Below, piece after piece: positions 12,460-23,404 of a stretch of DNA of 64,000 nucleotides. The stretch's first letter is position 1. Each line of letters starts with the position of its first letter. Source of the DNA: Chiloscyllium plagiosum (taxonomy: Eukaryota); NCBI RefSeq assembly GCF_004010195.1, contig NC_057746.1, positions 30,564,062 through 30,628,061 of the forward strand. The letters run 5' to 3'. The translations under genes and the position numbers were made by a program. The notes under the pieces were generated by a model, which did not search any database, was not told the origin of the DNA, and was given only the letters and a program-made list of their open reading frames with translations.

Positions 12460-14560
12460 AAGATGTAGAATCAGAAGTGGAACATTCAGCCCAACAAGTC
12501 TGCCTGTCATTCATTGAGATCATTGCTGATCTGATAATCTTCTTCACTTTCCTGCATTTTTCCTACAGTTCTTGATTCTGTTACTGACTAAGAATCTGTT
12601 TACCTCAGCTTTGAATAGAATTAACAACCCAGCCTTGATAGTCCTCTGTAGGAAAGAATTCCACAGATTCTGTACAGTCAGAGTCACACAGTATGGAACC
12701 AGACCTTTCCGTCTAAGTTATCCGTACTGATCAAGTTTCTCAAACTAAATAGTCCCCCACTTAGCTGCATTTAGTCCATATCCCTCTAAACCTTTCTATT
12801 TATGTACCTGTCCAAATGTCTTTTAAATATTGTAACATATCTGCATCTACCACTCCCTCTGACAGTTCATTCCACATATGAATTAGCCTCGATGTAAAAA
12901 AAGGTTGCTCTTCAGGTGCTTTGTAAATATTTCACCTCTCACCTTTAAAATGTGCACCCTAGTTTTGAACTCACCAATCCGAGGATTGTTGCTATTCACC
13001 TATCCATGCTCCTCATGATTTCATAAACTTCCAATTAGGTCCCCTAACCTCCTACGCTCTAGTGAAAGAAGTCCCAGCTATGCTTATAATTCAAACCCTC
13101 CAATCCTGGCAACATCCCATGAAGTCTTTTCAGAACTCTTTCCAATTGGATAATGTCCTTCCTATAGCACAGCAACCAGAACTGTACACAGTACTCCAAA
13201 ATTGGTCTCACCAATGTTCTGTACAACCTCAACATGATGTTCCAACTCCTAGACTCCATTGTCCGAGCAATGAAGGTAAGCATGCTAAATGCCTTCTTAA
13301 GCACTCTGTCGCCCTGTGATGGAACTTTCAAAGAGTAATGCATTTGAACCCCTAGGTCTCTCTGTTTGACAACTCTACTCAGGGCCCTACCATTAATTGT
13401 ACAAGTCCTGTCCTTGTTTGTTTTACCTTGCATTTATCCATATTAAACTCCTCAGCCCATTGGCCCAAATAATCAAGACCCTTATGTAATCTTAGATAAT
13501 CTTTGGTGCCGACTATATCATCAATTTTGATGCCATCTGCAAGTTTACTAACCGTATCTCCTGAATTCTTGTCCAAATCATTTATATAAATTACAAACAA
13601 AAGCAGACCCAGCACCAATTCCTGGGGAAGACCACTGGTCACAGGCTTCCCATCCAGAAAACAACTCTACTCCACAAGGCTGGCATAGTGGCACAGTGGT
13701 TAGCACTGCTGCCTCACAGCGCTAGAAACCTGGGTTCAATTCCCATCTCAGGCAACTGTCTGTGTGGAGTTTGCACGTTCTCCCTGTGTCTGCGTGGGTT
13801 TCCTCTGGGTGCTCCGGTTTCCTCCCACAGGCCAGATGAATTGGCCATGCTAAATTGCCCATAGTATTAGGTGAAGGTAAAATGTAGGGGAATGGGTCTG
13901 GGTGGGTTGCTCTTTGGAGGGTTGGTGTGGACTTGTTGGGCCGAAGGGCCTGTTTCCACACTGTAAGTAATCTAAACCACCATCTTTTGTCTCCTAGCAT
14001 CAAGCCAATTTTATATTCAATTGGCAAGCTCTCCTTGAAATCCCATTTGATATAACTTACTAATTACTCAAAAATACCTTCCTCATCTCTTTTAAACGGT
14101 GATGTTTTCTTCTGAAATTATATCTTCTGGCCCTCGACTATCTCACAAGAGGAAACAACCTTTCTACAACTACTAAGTTTCAATAATGTGGCCCTTCATT
14201 CTTCATCTAATGAATAGTAACAACTCATCATTTTCACTTAAGACAGTCCCTCCATACCTGCTATTGAAACAGAAATTGCTGGTGAAAATGAGCAGGTCTG
14301 GCCGCATCTGTGGAGACAAAGCAGAATTAATGTTTCAAGATCAGTGATTCTTCATTAGAACTCATACCTGATAGATATCAGCCAAGTGAATATTCTCTGG
14401 ACTGCATCCAATGTTAGACTAACTTTCCACAGAAAAAGAGCTGAAAACTGTTCACAGTATACCAGCTGTAGTCTGATCAGTGCTGTGTATAGCTTTAGCA
14501 AAAATCTCCATTCCCTTTGAATTAAAAGCCAATATTCCATTTGACTTCCCTAATACCATC
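12460..14560 (-). mobile_element. Nested CR1 fragments: older CR1 (12460-12670, 14060-14560) interrupted by a younger CR1 (about 12675-14065)
   Basis: ORFs 13059-13433, 13379-13642 and 14355-14540 carry CR1 RT C-terminal motifs (LVRPILEYCVQFW). Confidence 0.8.
13678..13977 (+). mobile_element. HE1-type V-SINE inserted in CR1
   Basis: tRNA-like head (tggcacagtggttagcactgctgcctcacagc...gggttcaattcc), V-domain (tgtgtggagtttgcacgttctccc) and LINE-derived tail. Confidence 0.9.
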
Positions 14561-14739
14561 TGAAATTGTTGCTAATTTCACAGACAAGGCTACACAATGT
14601 TTTACTCTGATTAAGTGCTGTTGCTGCTTTATTCTGATTCTGGATGTCAGCCAAAGGTTGGTCTTCCTTTGGTTTTGCAACAGCATATTTGTTTGGACGA
14701 ATGAAACGTGACACCATCTCGGGCAAAGCAGCTGTTTGA

Positions 14740-17700
14740 TTGACACCATGTGCACAAGCATCCACTCCCTCCATCACTCAAGCTCAGTAGTAGCAGTGTG
14801 TACTATCGACAAGATGCAATGCAGAAATTCACCAAAGATCATCAGACAACATCTTACAAACTCACAACCACTTCCATGGCAGCTACTACATGGAAACACC
14901 ACCACCTGCAAGTTCCTTTTTATTTCTAAAATATACTTTATTCATAAAAAATCTTTTCATATAGAGTTCATGGTCACAAATGCACCTCTGTTCTGTACCG
15001 AGAAACAAATACTGAAGTTTGACTCTGTCCCCAAAAAAAAACCAAAGACCTCTTTGACATATACAAAACTATATTTACATACATTGGAGGCACCAGGAGG
15101 GTTCGATAACTGATGAACCTCCTTTTTTTTATTTCAAAAATATACTTTATTCATAAAATTATTTGGATCTCTTGACAATTGGTGCACACATTACATTGCT
15201 TTACATACAGACATCAAAATTTATTTTTCCTATATACAAGTCTGTACATTTACTATCTAGCTCTTCTGCTGAGGCATCAGCGGAGCCCAAATGACTGCAT
15301 GGGCCCCCTGTTCTTCGTTAGGCAGGCAGATGTTACATGGTGGTCTTTCCCCACCGTGCCTTGGCGGCAGCTGCCCCAAGCTTCAGCACGTCCCTCAACA
15401 CATAGTCCTGGACCTTGGAATGTGCCAGTCTGCAGCACTCAGTCGGGGTCAACTCCTTCAGCTGGAAGATCAGCAGGTTTCGGACCGCCCAGAGAGCGTC
15501 CTTCATCGAGTTGATGATCCTCCAGGCACTGTTGATGTTCATCTCGGTGTGCGTCCTGGTGTGTAGGCACATTCCAGAAGGAGGTGTGTGACAGTCTTGT
15601 CCCCCCCGCAGCCGCTTCGAGGGCAGCGTGTGGTGCGGCTGAGAGTTCGGGCGTGCATAAAGGATCTCACAGGCAGAGCCCTTCTCACCACCAGCCAAGC
15701 CATGTCTTGGTGCTTGTTGGAAAGTTCTGGCGATGAGGCATTCTGCCAAATGGCTTTGACAGTCTGCTCAGGGAACCGCTCGATAGGATCTTCCCTCTCC
15801 TTTTCCCGAAAGGTCCAAGGACACTATGTGCTGACCACTTCCTGATGGTCTTGTGGTCAAGGTGTTTTTCTTCATAAACTTCTCCACGAAGGACAGGTGA
15901 TACGGAACGGTCGAACTACTCAGAGCATTCTGCGGCAGCGAGGCCAGGCCCATCCTTTGCAACTCCGGGGACAGGTAGAACCTCAGTACGTAGTGACACT
16001 TGGTGTTTGCGTACCGGGGAGCCCCACGCACAGCTTGATGCAGCCACACACAAAGGTGGCTATCAGGATGAGGGTGGCATTGGGTGCATTTTTTTCCCCC
16101 GTTGCCCAGATCTTTTTACATCAAGTCCCTTCGGACCCGGTCCATCTTTGACCTCCATATAAAATGGAAGATGGCCCAGGTGACTGCAGCGGCACAGGTT
16201 CTGGGAATAGGCCAGACCTGTGCCACAGAGAACAACACTGACAGTGCCTCACAACTGATGACCAAGTTTTTTCCCGCGATGGAGAGCGACCGTAGCTTCC
16301 ATCTGCCCAGTTTCTGCCTCACTTTGCTGATACGCTCCTCCCAAGACTTGGCACACGCCCCAGCCCCCCCGAACCAAATACCCAGCACCTTCAAGTGGTC
16401 AGTCCTGATGGTGAAGGGGATCAAGGATTGGTCGGCCCAGTTCCCGAAGAGCATGGCCTCGCTCTTGCCTCGGTTGACCTTGGCACCCAAGGCCCGTTCA
16501 AACTGGTCACATATGCACATGAGTCTGTGCACGGTCAGCGTATCCAAGCAGAAAATGGCGATGTCAACCATGTACAGGGAGGCCTTAACCTGCAGGCCCC
16601 CGCTGCCAGGAATAGTCACCCCTCTCAGGCTCGCATCCTTCCTGATGGACTCAGCAAATGGCTCTATGCAGCACACAAACAAGGCAGGAGAGAGAGGGCA
16701 GCCCTGCCTGACTCCAGATCTGACTTTGAAACTATCTGATTCCCACCCATTCATTGAGACTGCACTGACAATGTTGGTGTAGAGCAGTCTGATCCAATTG
16801 CAGATTCCCTCCCCAAAGCCTATTTTCGAGAGAATATCTGTCATATACGTATGTGATATCCTGTCAAAGACTTTCTCCTGGTCCAGGCTGATCAGGCAGG
16901 TGTCCAACCCCCTGTCCTGCACATAGGCGATCGTATCCCTGAGGAGTGCGAGACTCTCAGCGATCTTCCTGCCCGGTACAGCACAGGTTTGGTCAGGGTG
17001 AATCACCAGTACCAGAGCAGACCTGACCAGGTTTGCGATAATGTTTGACAAAATTTTGTAATCCACATTCAACAGTGAGATTGGTCTCCAATTTCTGAGT
17101 TCCTCCCTCTCCCCCTTCTGCTTGTAGATGAGGGTGATGATGCCTGTCCTCATGGATTCACTCATGGTACCTGCCCAAAGCATACTGACATACACCTCCA
17201 GCAGGTCCTGACCAATCAAGTCCCACAGAGCGGAATAGAGCTCGATCAGTAAGCTGTCGCTTCCGGGAGTTTTATTCTTTTCGAAGGATTCGAGGGCCTT
17301 GGTCAGCTCGTCCACAGATAGCGGTTGGTCCGGCGTCTCCCGTGTTCTGTCGTCTAAGACCTCCGTGATAGAGGACAGGAACGACTGGGAGGCCGTGCTG
17401 TCGGTCGGCTTCGCGTCATACAGACTGGCATAGAAGGATTTACTGATCCTCATGACGTCAGCCTGAGATGACATTAGCGAGCCATCTTCTTCCTTCAGGC
17501 TGCTGAGCACAGAGCTCTCTTTGTGCACCTTCTGGAAGAAGAAACGTGACCACGTCTCGTCCTGCTCCACTGAGTGGACCCTGGACCTGAAGATTATCTT
17601 GGAAGCCTCCAAGGCAAAGAGCGAGGCTTGCTGACCCTTCACCTCCTTGAGGTCCTCCATGACATCGACCCCCATCGTCTGCAGCAGGAGCAGGTTCTGC

Positions 17701-19717
17701 ATACTTTCCTGGAGCTGGGGCAGTTTTTCCCACCTCTCTCTCGCCTCCTGAACACCTTTGAGGATGAAGAACCTCTTGATGTTCCCTTTTACTGTTTCCC
17801 ACCAGTCCGCTGGGGACTCAAAGAGGGGCTTCACGGTTCTCCAACCTGCGTAGTCCCTCTTGAGCTCCTCAATGTTTCCCGGGGTCAACAGCTTTGTGTT
17901 CAGCTTCCACGTTCCCTTACCAGCCCGCTGCTCGTCCTGTAGGTGACGGTCGGCCAGCTGGAGGCAGTGGTCAGAGAAGAACACCGGCTTGACGTCGGTG
18001 GATCTGACCGAGAGCGTTCGGGACACAAACAGATAATCTATCCTTGAGTGGATAGACCCGTCTGCCCGTGACCAGGTGTGTCTACGCTGCGCTCTGTCTG
18101 CAGGGGTGCTGAAGACGTCGTGCAGCTTGGCATCTTTGACCGTGTCCATCAGGGCTCTGGATGTGGCGTCCAGTTTACTGTCCCCCCCACCAGATCGTCC
18201 ACCTGCATCAATGATACAGTTGAAGTCTCCGGCCAGAATGACCAGCCTGGCTGTAGCCAGCAACAGTGGAAGCTGCTGCAGGACGGCCAACCGTTCACTC
18301 TTACCCACTGGGGCGTACACATTAATCAGTCTCAGGGGAGCATTCCTGTACATGATGTCGGCGACGAGGAGGCGCCCACCCACCACGTCCTTAACCTCGG
18401 AGATGGTGAAGTTGCCTTCTTGAAACAGGATACCCAGGCCGGAGGCGCGGCTATCGTTGCCCCCCGACCAAACTGACGGCCCATGGGCCCACAAGCTCGA
18501 CCATCTCCTGTAGCTGCTGAGGTGCGGTATCCCTCACTCCTGCAGAAACAGGACGTCGGCTTTAACGTTTGCCAGGAAGGCCATCCTAGAAACACATCGC
18601 GTAGCCGATTTGATGCTACGCACCTTGCTACTGGCAATGTTTATCCCCATTTTAACAGTGTACGAGGTTACCAGTGTCCATTTGCTACTGGTCTTGCCTC
18701 TGCTGTGTGCATCCCCGTGGTGACGGCAAACTGCTGGACCCTCCCAGGACTGAGGCAGCTGTCCGGCTCCACACTGGGGCCATTTCCCCGCTCCCAGTTA
18801 CCTGGAGCTGTGGGCCGGTGGGTCCCTCTTGGTTCTCACCGGGTGGGGGGGGCCTTTACCCATCCCCTCAGAGGGATTGTCTTTCCCTGCTTGGGCAGTG
18901 CTGCCCTCCTTTTTCCCCGCGGCGCTCTGTCTCTTCCTCTGGTGAAGACCCTCCTTGCGCCCGTCCTCACCGTCAGAAGAGCTGCCTGTATCCTCGTCGT
19001 GTAGGTGTTGCTTCCCCCCTCGCTGGGTGGCTTTGGGAGGTTTCCTCTTCCTGCTTTTNNNNNNNNNNNNNNNNNNNNNNNNNNNNNNNNNNNNNNNNNN
19101 NNNNNTTGGCCTCCTTACTTTCCTTGGTCGGGTGGCCTTCCTGTTTGCAGTTTCGGCAGACGGTCACCTTACAATCCGCCGCCATGTCGCCTAATCTCCC
19201 GCAGGTTCGGCACACTTTCAGCTGCCCTGCGTATGTCAGGTACCCTCTGCTTCCTCCGATTACAAAGCTGGAGGGTGGGTGGAGGATGTTCCCACTGGCA
19301 TCGACCCTCAGGGTTACCCTGACCTGCCGTTTGCTGGTCCAGATCCCGAAAGGATCGACCACATCGGTACTCTCTCCCTCCACCTGGACGTATCTTCTCA
19401 GTAAGGTCAGGACATCCGCTGCTGGGACGTGAGGGTTGTACATCTGGATTGTTACAACCCGACTCCTCTGCACAGGAAGCACACATAACGGGACCTCCGG
19501 CAAGTTGGAGAACTTCAGGAAGAAGACTTTAGAAGTTGGTCTTTCCTCAACAGTTCCCTCCAAGTCACTCACCATCCTGCCTGAGAAAGAGATCGCAGTT
19601 CCCTCAGTGTGGCTGGGTTAAACTCCCTCTCTCAGTTGATCACCGCCTTCTCAAGGGCATCTCAGGGTGAGCAATAAAAGCTGGCACAATCAGCGGTGCC
19701 CACATCCCGCGAATAAA
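14740..19717 (+). mobile_element. LINE (CR1/L2-group) 3' tail split by the Tx1 insertion (pieces 14740-14916 and 19552-19717)
   Basis: caccaccacctgcaagttcc on the left continues as ctccaagtcactcaccatcctg...gcccacatcccgcgaataaa on the right. Confidence 0.7.
14917..19551 (-). mobile_element. Tx1-clade (L1 group) non-LTR retrotransposon, 5'-truncated and inactive
   Basis: ORF1 remnant with CCHC knuckles (CRTCGRLGDMAADC, CRNCKQEGH). ORF2 from ATG near 18650 to 15333, with a 792-aa open segment (16116-18494) carrying APE (VYAP, GDFN, SRIDY, SDH) and RT (WRPISLLNVDYK, GVRQGCPLSP). Catalytic YMDD reads YMVD. Contains the N-gap 19059-19105; flanked by agttcc at 14911-14916 and 19552-19557. Confidence 0.93.
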
Positions 19718-19755
19718 TATCCCCTGTCATAAAACGCTTATCACTCAGTGGTCGA

Positions 19756-19791
19756 CCAATCCTTTACACGGTTTCACTTTCTGGCCCGCCC
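19756..19791 (+). promoter_or_regulatory. Candidate butyrophilin promoter: CCAAT box, ISRE/IRF site, GC box
   Basis: CCAAT 19756-19760, GGTTTCACTTTC (=GAAAGTGAAACC) 19770-19781, CCCGCCC 19785-19791. Followed by donor-like gtaagt at 19871 and an acceptor at 22183 just before the ATG exon. Confidence 0.6.
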
Positions 19792-20442
19792 ATTTATTCT
19801 CTCCATTTTGAAATCATTTCCCTTTCTCTTTGGAGAGCGGCTGGAGTTTCTCTGCTTGTGTTGAGGGTCAGTAAGTCCACATTAAGGAGGCGGCCCTGGT
19901 GCTGGTTTTGTTGCTGAGCAGAGCTCACAGACTTGCTGAGAATAAACTGGGACAAGGTGCTCGCTGCAGCTTCTGGATGCCAACCCAGCGACATAGGAAC
20001 TAGCTGCTGACCAAGCCCGTGGGTTCAGGATGCCTTCACCTCCCCAGGATATGGGTAAGAATCGCTGGGTTTTAAGGGTTCCCTATTGATCCTCGGGAAT
20101 CAAAAGTTGCTAAAGTACATCACCGCGTTCCGCCCTGTCATCCTGGGGGTGAGGACGTTTTGACAACTCATAGTGTGTTCCGGCCAATGTAGATTCAGGA
20201 AGCAGTCTGCAAAGACTTTTTTAAAAGAAGAACTCTTGAGTTTTTAACCCCACATAGCCTTCCACCCAGGCTTCTGTCGTACTAAATCGCATTTCAGTAG
20301 AAATATAGACTTGCATTTATGTAGCACCACTCATGCCCTCAAAACAATTCAAATACTTTGCAACTAATAAAATGCAGCACTTCTGAAACCTGACGTCGAT
20401 CTAATGTGGAATACAGGCTGTCACTTTGCGCACAAGACCGAA

Positions 20443-20690
20443 AGCCTCAGGCGACTGTCTGTGTGGAGTTTGCACATTCTCCCTCTGTCTGTGTGGGTTT
20501 GCTCCGGTTTCCTCCCACAGTCCAAAAATGTGCAGGTCAGGTGAATTCGCCATGCTGAATTGCCCGTCGTGTTAGGTGAAGGGGTAAATGTAGGGGAATG
20601 GGTCTGGGTGGGTTGCGCTTCGGCGGGTCGGTGTGGACTTGTTGGGCCGAAGGGCCTGTTTCCACACTGTAAGTAATCTAATCTAATCTT
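20443..20690 (+). mobile_element. HE1-type SINE, 5'-truncated
   Basis: V-domain and tail ending aatctaatct. Confidence 0.88.
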
Positions 20691-20723
20691 AAAAAAAAGC
20701 CAGCAATTGAACTAAAACAATTG

Positions 20724-20950
20724 TGGGCGGCACGGTGGCACAGTGGTTAGCACTGCTGCCTCACAGCGCCAGAGACCTGGGTTCAATTCCCGGGTGAATT
20801 GGCCATGCTAAATTGCCCGTAGTGTTAGGTTAAAGGGGTAAATGTAGGGGTATGGGTGGGTTGCGCTTCGGCGGGTCAGTGTGGACTTGTTGGGCCGAAG
20901 GGCCTGTTTCCACACTGTAAGTAATCTAATCTAATCTAATCTAATCTAAT
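20724..20950 (+). mobile_element. HE1-type SINE with internal deletion, (AATCT)n tail
   Basis: tRNA head joined directly (gttcaattcccg|ggtgaattggcc) to the 3' part. Confidence 0.88.
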
Positions 20951-21624
20951 ATTAAATTGAATTGAGATGTTGTCCAGAACTTGGGGGAGAGCCCCACTTT
21001 GACAAGGGGATCTTTTTATATTCGAAGTAGGACCAGAGTAGGTGATTTATTATGGAGTCCTGGTGTGTCCATATGTGAGAAGAATGAGCTTTGTTTAAAA
21101 TTATCTTAGGTTTGCTTTCTCCTTGTCTCTTGTTTGTGAGGAGTTGATGGATGAAAAGAGAATTTCGGATAAGGAACCAGTTGCACTGAGTTATTCAGCA
21201 CGGACCAGGAAAAGTACAGCGCTACAGGTGAAGGAAGCAAAATAGTGGCAAAGTTGCCTCCTTGGTTCTAAGTTCCTGACTGCTTGGCATCTAAAGTCTG
21301 GCTTTAGACAAGGGTATTGACTGCGGCCAAAGCCTCAAGCACAAAGCTGGGCTGCTGTCAGGAGGCACTTCTTCCTACAGGAGAGGGTGGGAATCTGAAT
21401 CCCCATCCCCATCTGAATCCTTTTAAGAAGCCATTGAGACAGGAAATCAATTGACAGTGAGAAAAATTGATTTTTGTAAAAGTGAAATACTGTGGAATCA
21501 GGAATTCTGAAAGAAAATGTTGGGTATAGCTTATAGCCGGGTAGGTAATATCCGTGAAGAGAGAAACAGTTTCAAGTTAGTGATCTTTTGTTCCACAAGG
21601 ATTACAGAACCTTGTTAGCTTTGA

Positions 21625-22085
21625 TTCAGGACTAGTCATTAGTCATTGGCTAATGGGCAGGAAACAGTGAATGGGGATAAAGGGTTCTTTTCAGATTGGC
21701 AACCTGGAACCAGTGGGGTTCCACAGGGGTCAGTGCTGGGACCACAACTGTTTATACTATATATCAATGAAGGAAGGAAGCTAATGTACTTCAACCAAAT
21801 TTGCAGATAACACAAAAATAAGTGGAAAGGCAAGTCGTAAGAAGGATGGAAACTGTTTGCAGAGACTGAGCGGGCAGAAAGTTGACAAATGGAGCATAAT
21901 ATGGGAGAATTTGAAGTTGTTCATTTTGGAAGGGAAAACAAAAGAACAGCGTTTTTTAAATGGAGAAAATTGGCAGAAAACTCAATGCAGGACTTGGGCT
22001 GTTTGTTCATGAAACACAGAAAGTTAGCATATAGGTAACTTTGTGCAGCAGCAGGTAAACAGGAAGGCGAATAGAATATTGGCCA
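21625..22085 (+). mobile_element. Old CR1 RT fragment
   Basis: agtggggttccacaggggtcagtgctgggacca ([10 protein letters not shown]) and tttgcagataacacaaaa (FAD-TK). Confidence 0.8.
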
Positions 22086-22229
22086 GGGCTCCTCTTGACC
22101 ATCAGAAATTTAGCAATCATTCATTTTAGCATGCTTCAGCTTAATCTCAGTGCTTTTGATTATTTTGATGCTCTCTTCAAAAGGTTAACAAGGATTTTCT
22201 TTGAGGTAATCAATTAAATCTGTGCAAAG

Positions 22230-22290
22230 ATGAACAGAAGATGTATCAGTGTTGTGTTCCTATTCTGTATTCTTCAAATTGCAAAGCCAG
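22230..22290 (+). CDS. Butyrophilin-like gene, exon encoding the signal peptide
   Basis: aagATG context; MNRRCISVVFLFCILQIAKP(E); CAG|gtaag phase-1 donor; upstream acceptor at 22183. Confidence 0.85.
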
Positions 22291-23404
22291 GTAAGAAAGA
22301 GTTTTTATATTAAATTTAATCTGATGCCTTATTTGTCTAGCCCTATGAGGGTTACTAAAGTAGAGATGAACAATTTTAGGCAACAAGAAAAACTCATTCA
22401 ACCTAGAGCAGCCAACTACTTGTGAATAGTTTATCCTAATGATTATTTTTCTAAATTATTAATGTACAATCCAATATTCCTAATAATGCAGATGCATGAA
22501 GTGCTATCATAGCAGCTGGGAAATTTACATTCAATAAAGTAAATCTGGAATAAAAAGCTAATCTCTATAATGGTGACCATGAAATTACTGGATTTATCAA
22601 TATGATTCAAATAATGGTAATGAAGTTCAGCAGACTTGGTTTCCTGCTTGAGAATCCCTTGATTAGTCAGTGTTTCATCTCTACCGAGATCACAAGACAT
22701 ACACAGATGAGCAAGCCTATTTGATCTGGCTATGTTCTTTCATCTAGACTTTCTTCCAAGCACCATGTCAGCATCCAGGGATTTCTCCCTCCACAACTCT
22801 TCCTGCGAATCTATTCCCCATCAGTAAACTGTGTGAAGAATTTCATCATAGAGTTATACTTTGGAATCCTTGTCATCCCGGTATCCCACTCTCAAAATTT
22901 AAATTATTGTAGTGCCCCCTATTTACTCTTCCCATGACCTGTATTTATAAATATATCCATTTCTCAGATGTCTGTGTCTTGGTGAAAATGCCCAAACCTC
23001 TTTTCCTAACTGGCCTTTGGTGTCAGGGTGGATCAGCTTTCTGGCCTCTTCTCTCCAGCATTCAAATCAATTCCATCATCTCTTTGGCAAAAAAGTTTCC
23101 AAGCTTTATCAATGTTGTCAGTGGCTGCACTGCTGTGACACATTGAACATTAAGTCAGCCAAGTTTCCTAAATCCCTTTCAGAAGCATGCTTGGCTAACG
23201 TGTTGAAATTTGAATACTGAGTGAATGAGATTGAATCATGAGATCACAACCTTAACCTTAACATCCCCACCAGAATGATTTTGTACAGTTTTCAATCTTT
23301 TGGAAACCACTTGGCTACAATGTGAGCTTTTCTTAAGAAAAAGAAAATTTGAAGTTAAGAGAGAGATTTGGATGGGAATGGCTCTCTGTCTCATTCTACC
23401 TAAT

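Noticed and set aside
19059-19105. Interruption of Tx1 ORF1
   Set aside because: Assembly gap (47 N), not biological.
16084-19432. Long + strand ORFs (232, 173, 252 aa)
   Set aside because: Antisense shadows of the GC-rich Tx1 ORFs; no independent motifs.
18973-19575. Host ZCCHC3-like zinc-knuckle gene
   Set aside because: Directly upstream of the APE-RT ORF2, so it is Tx1 ORF1; its first residues come from flanking DNA.
19740-20000. MHC-type SXY (CIITA/NLRC5) module in the butyrophilin promoter
   Set aside because: CCAAT is present, but I see no X1/X2 box at the proper spacing and orientation.
20724-20795. tRNA gene
   Set aside because: tRNA-derived SINE head continuing into SINE body; the same applies to the other HE1 copies.
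20923-20950. Telomere-like (AATCT)n repeat
   Set aside because: Standard SINE/LINE 3' tail repeat.
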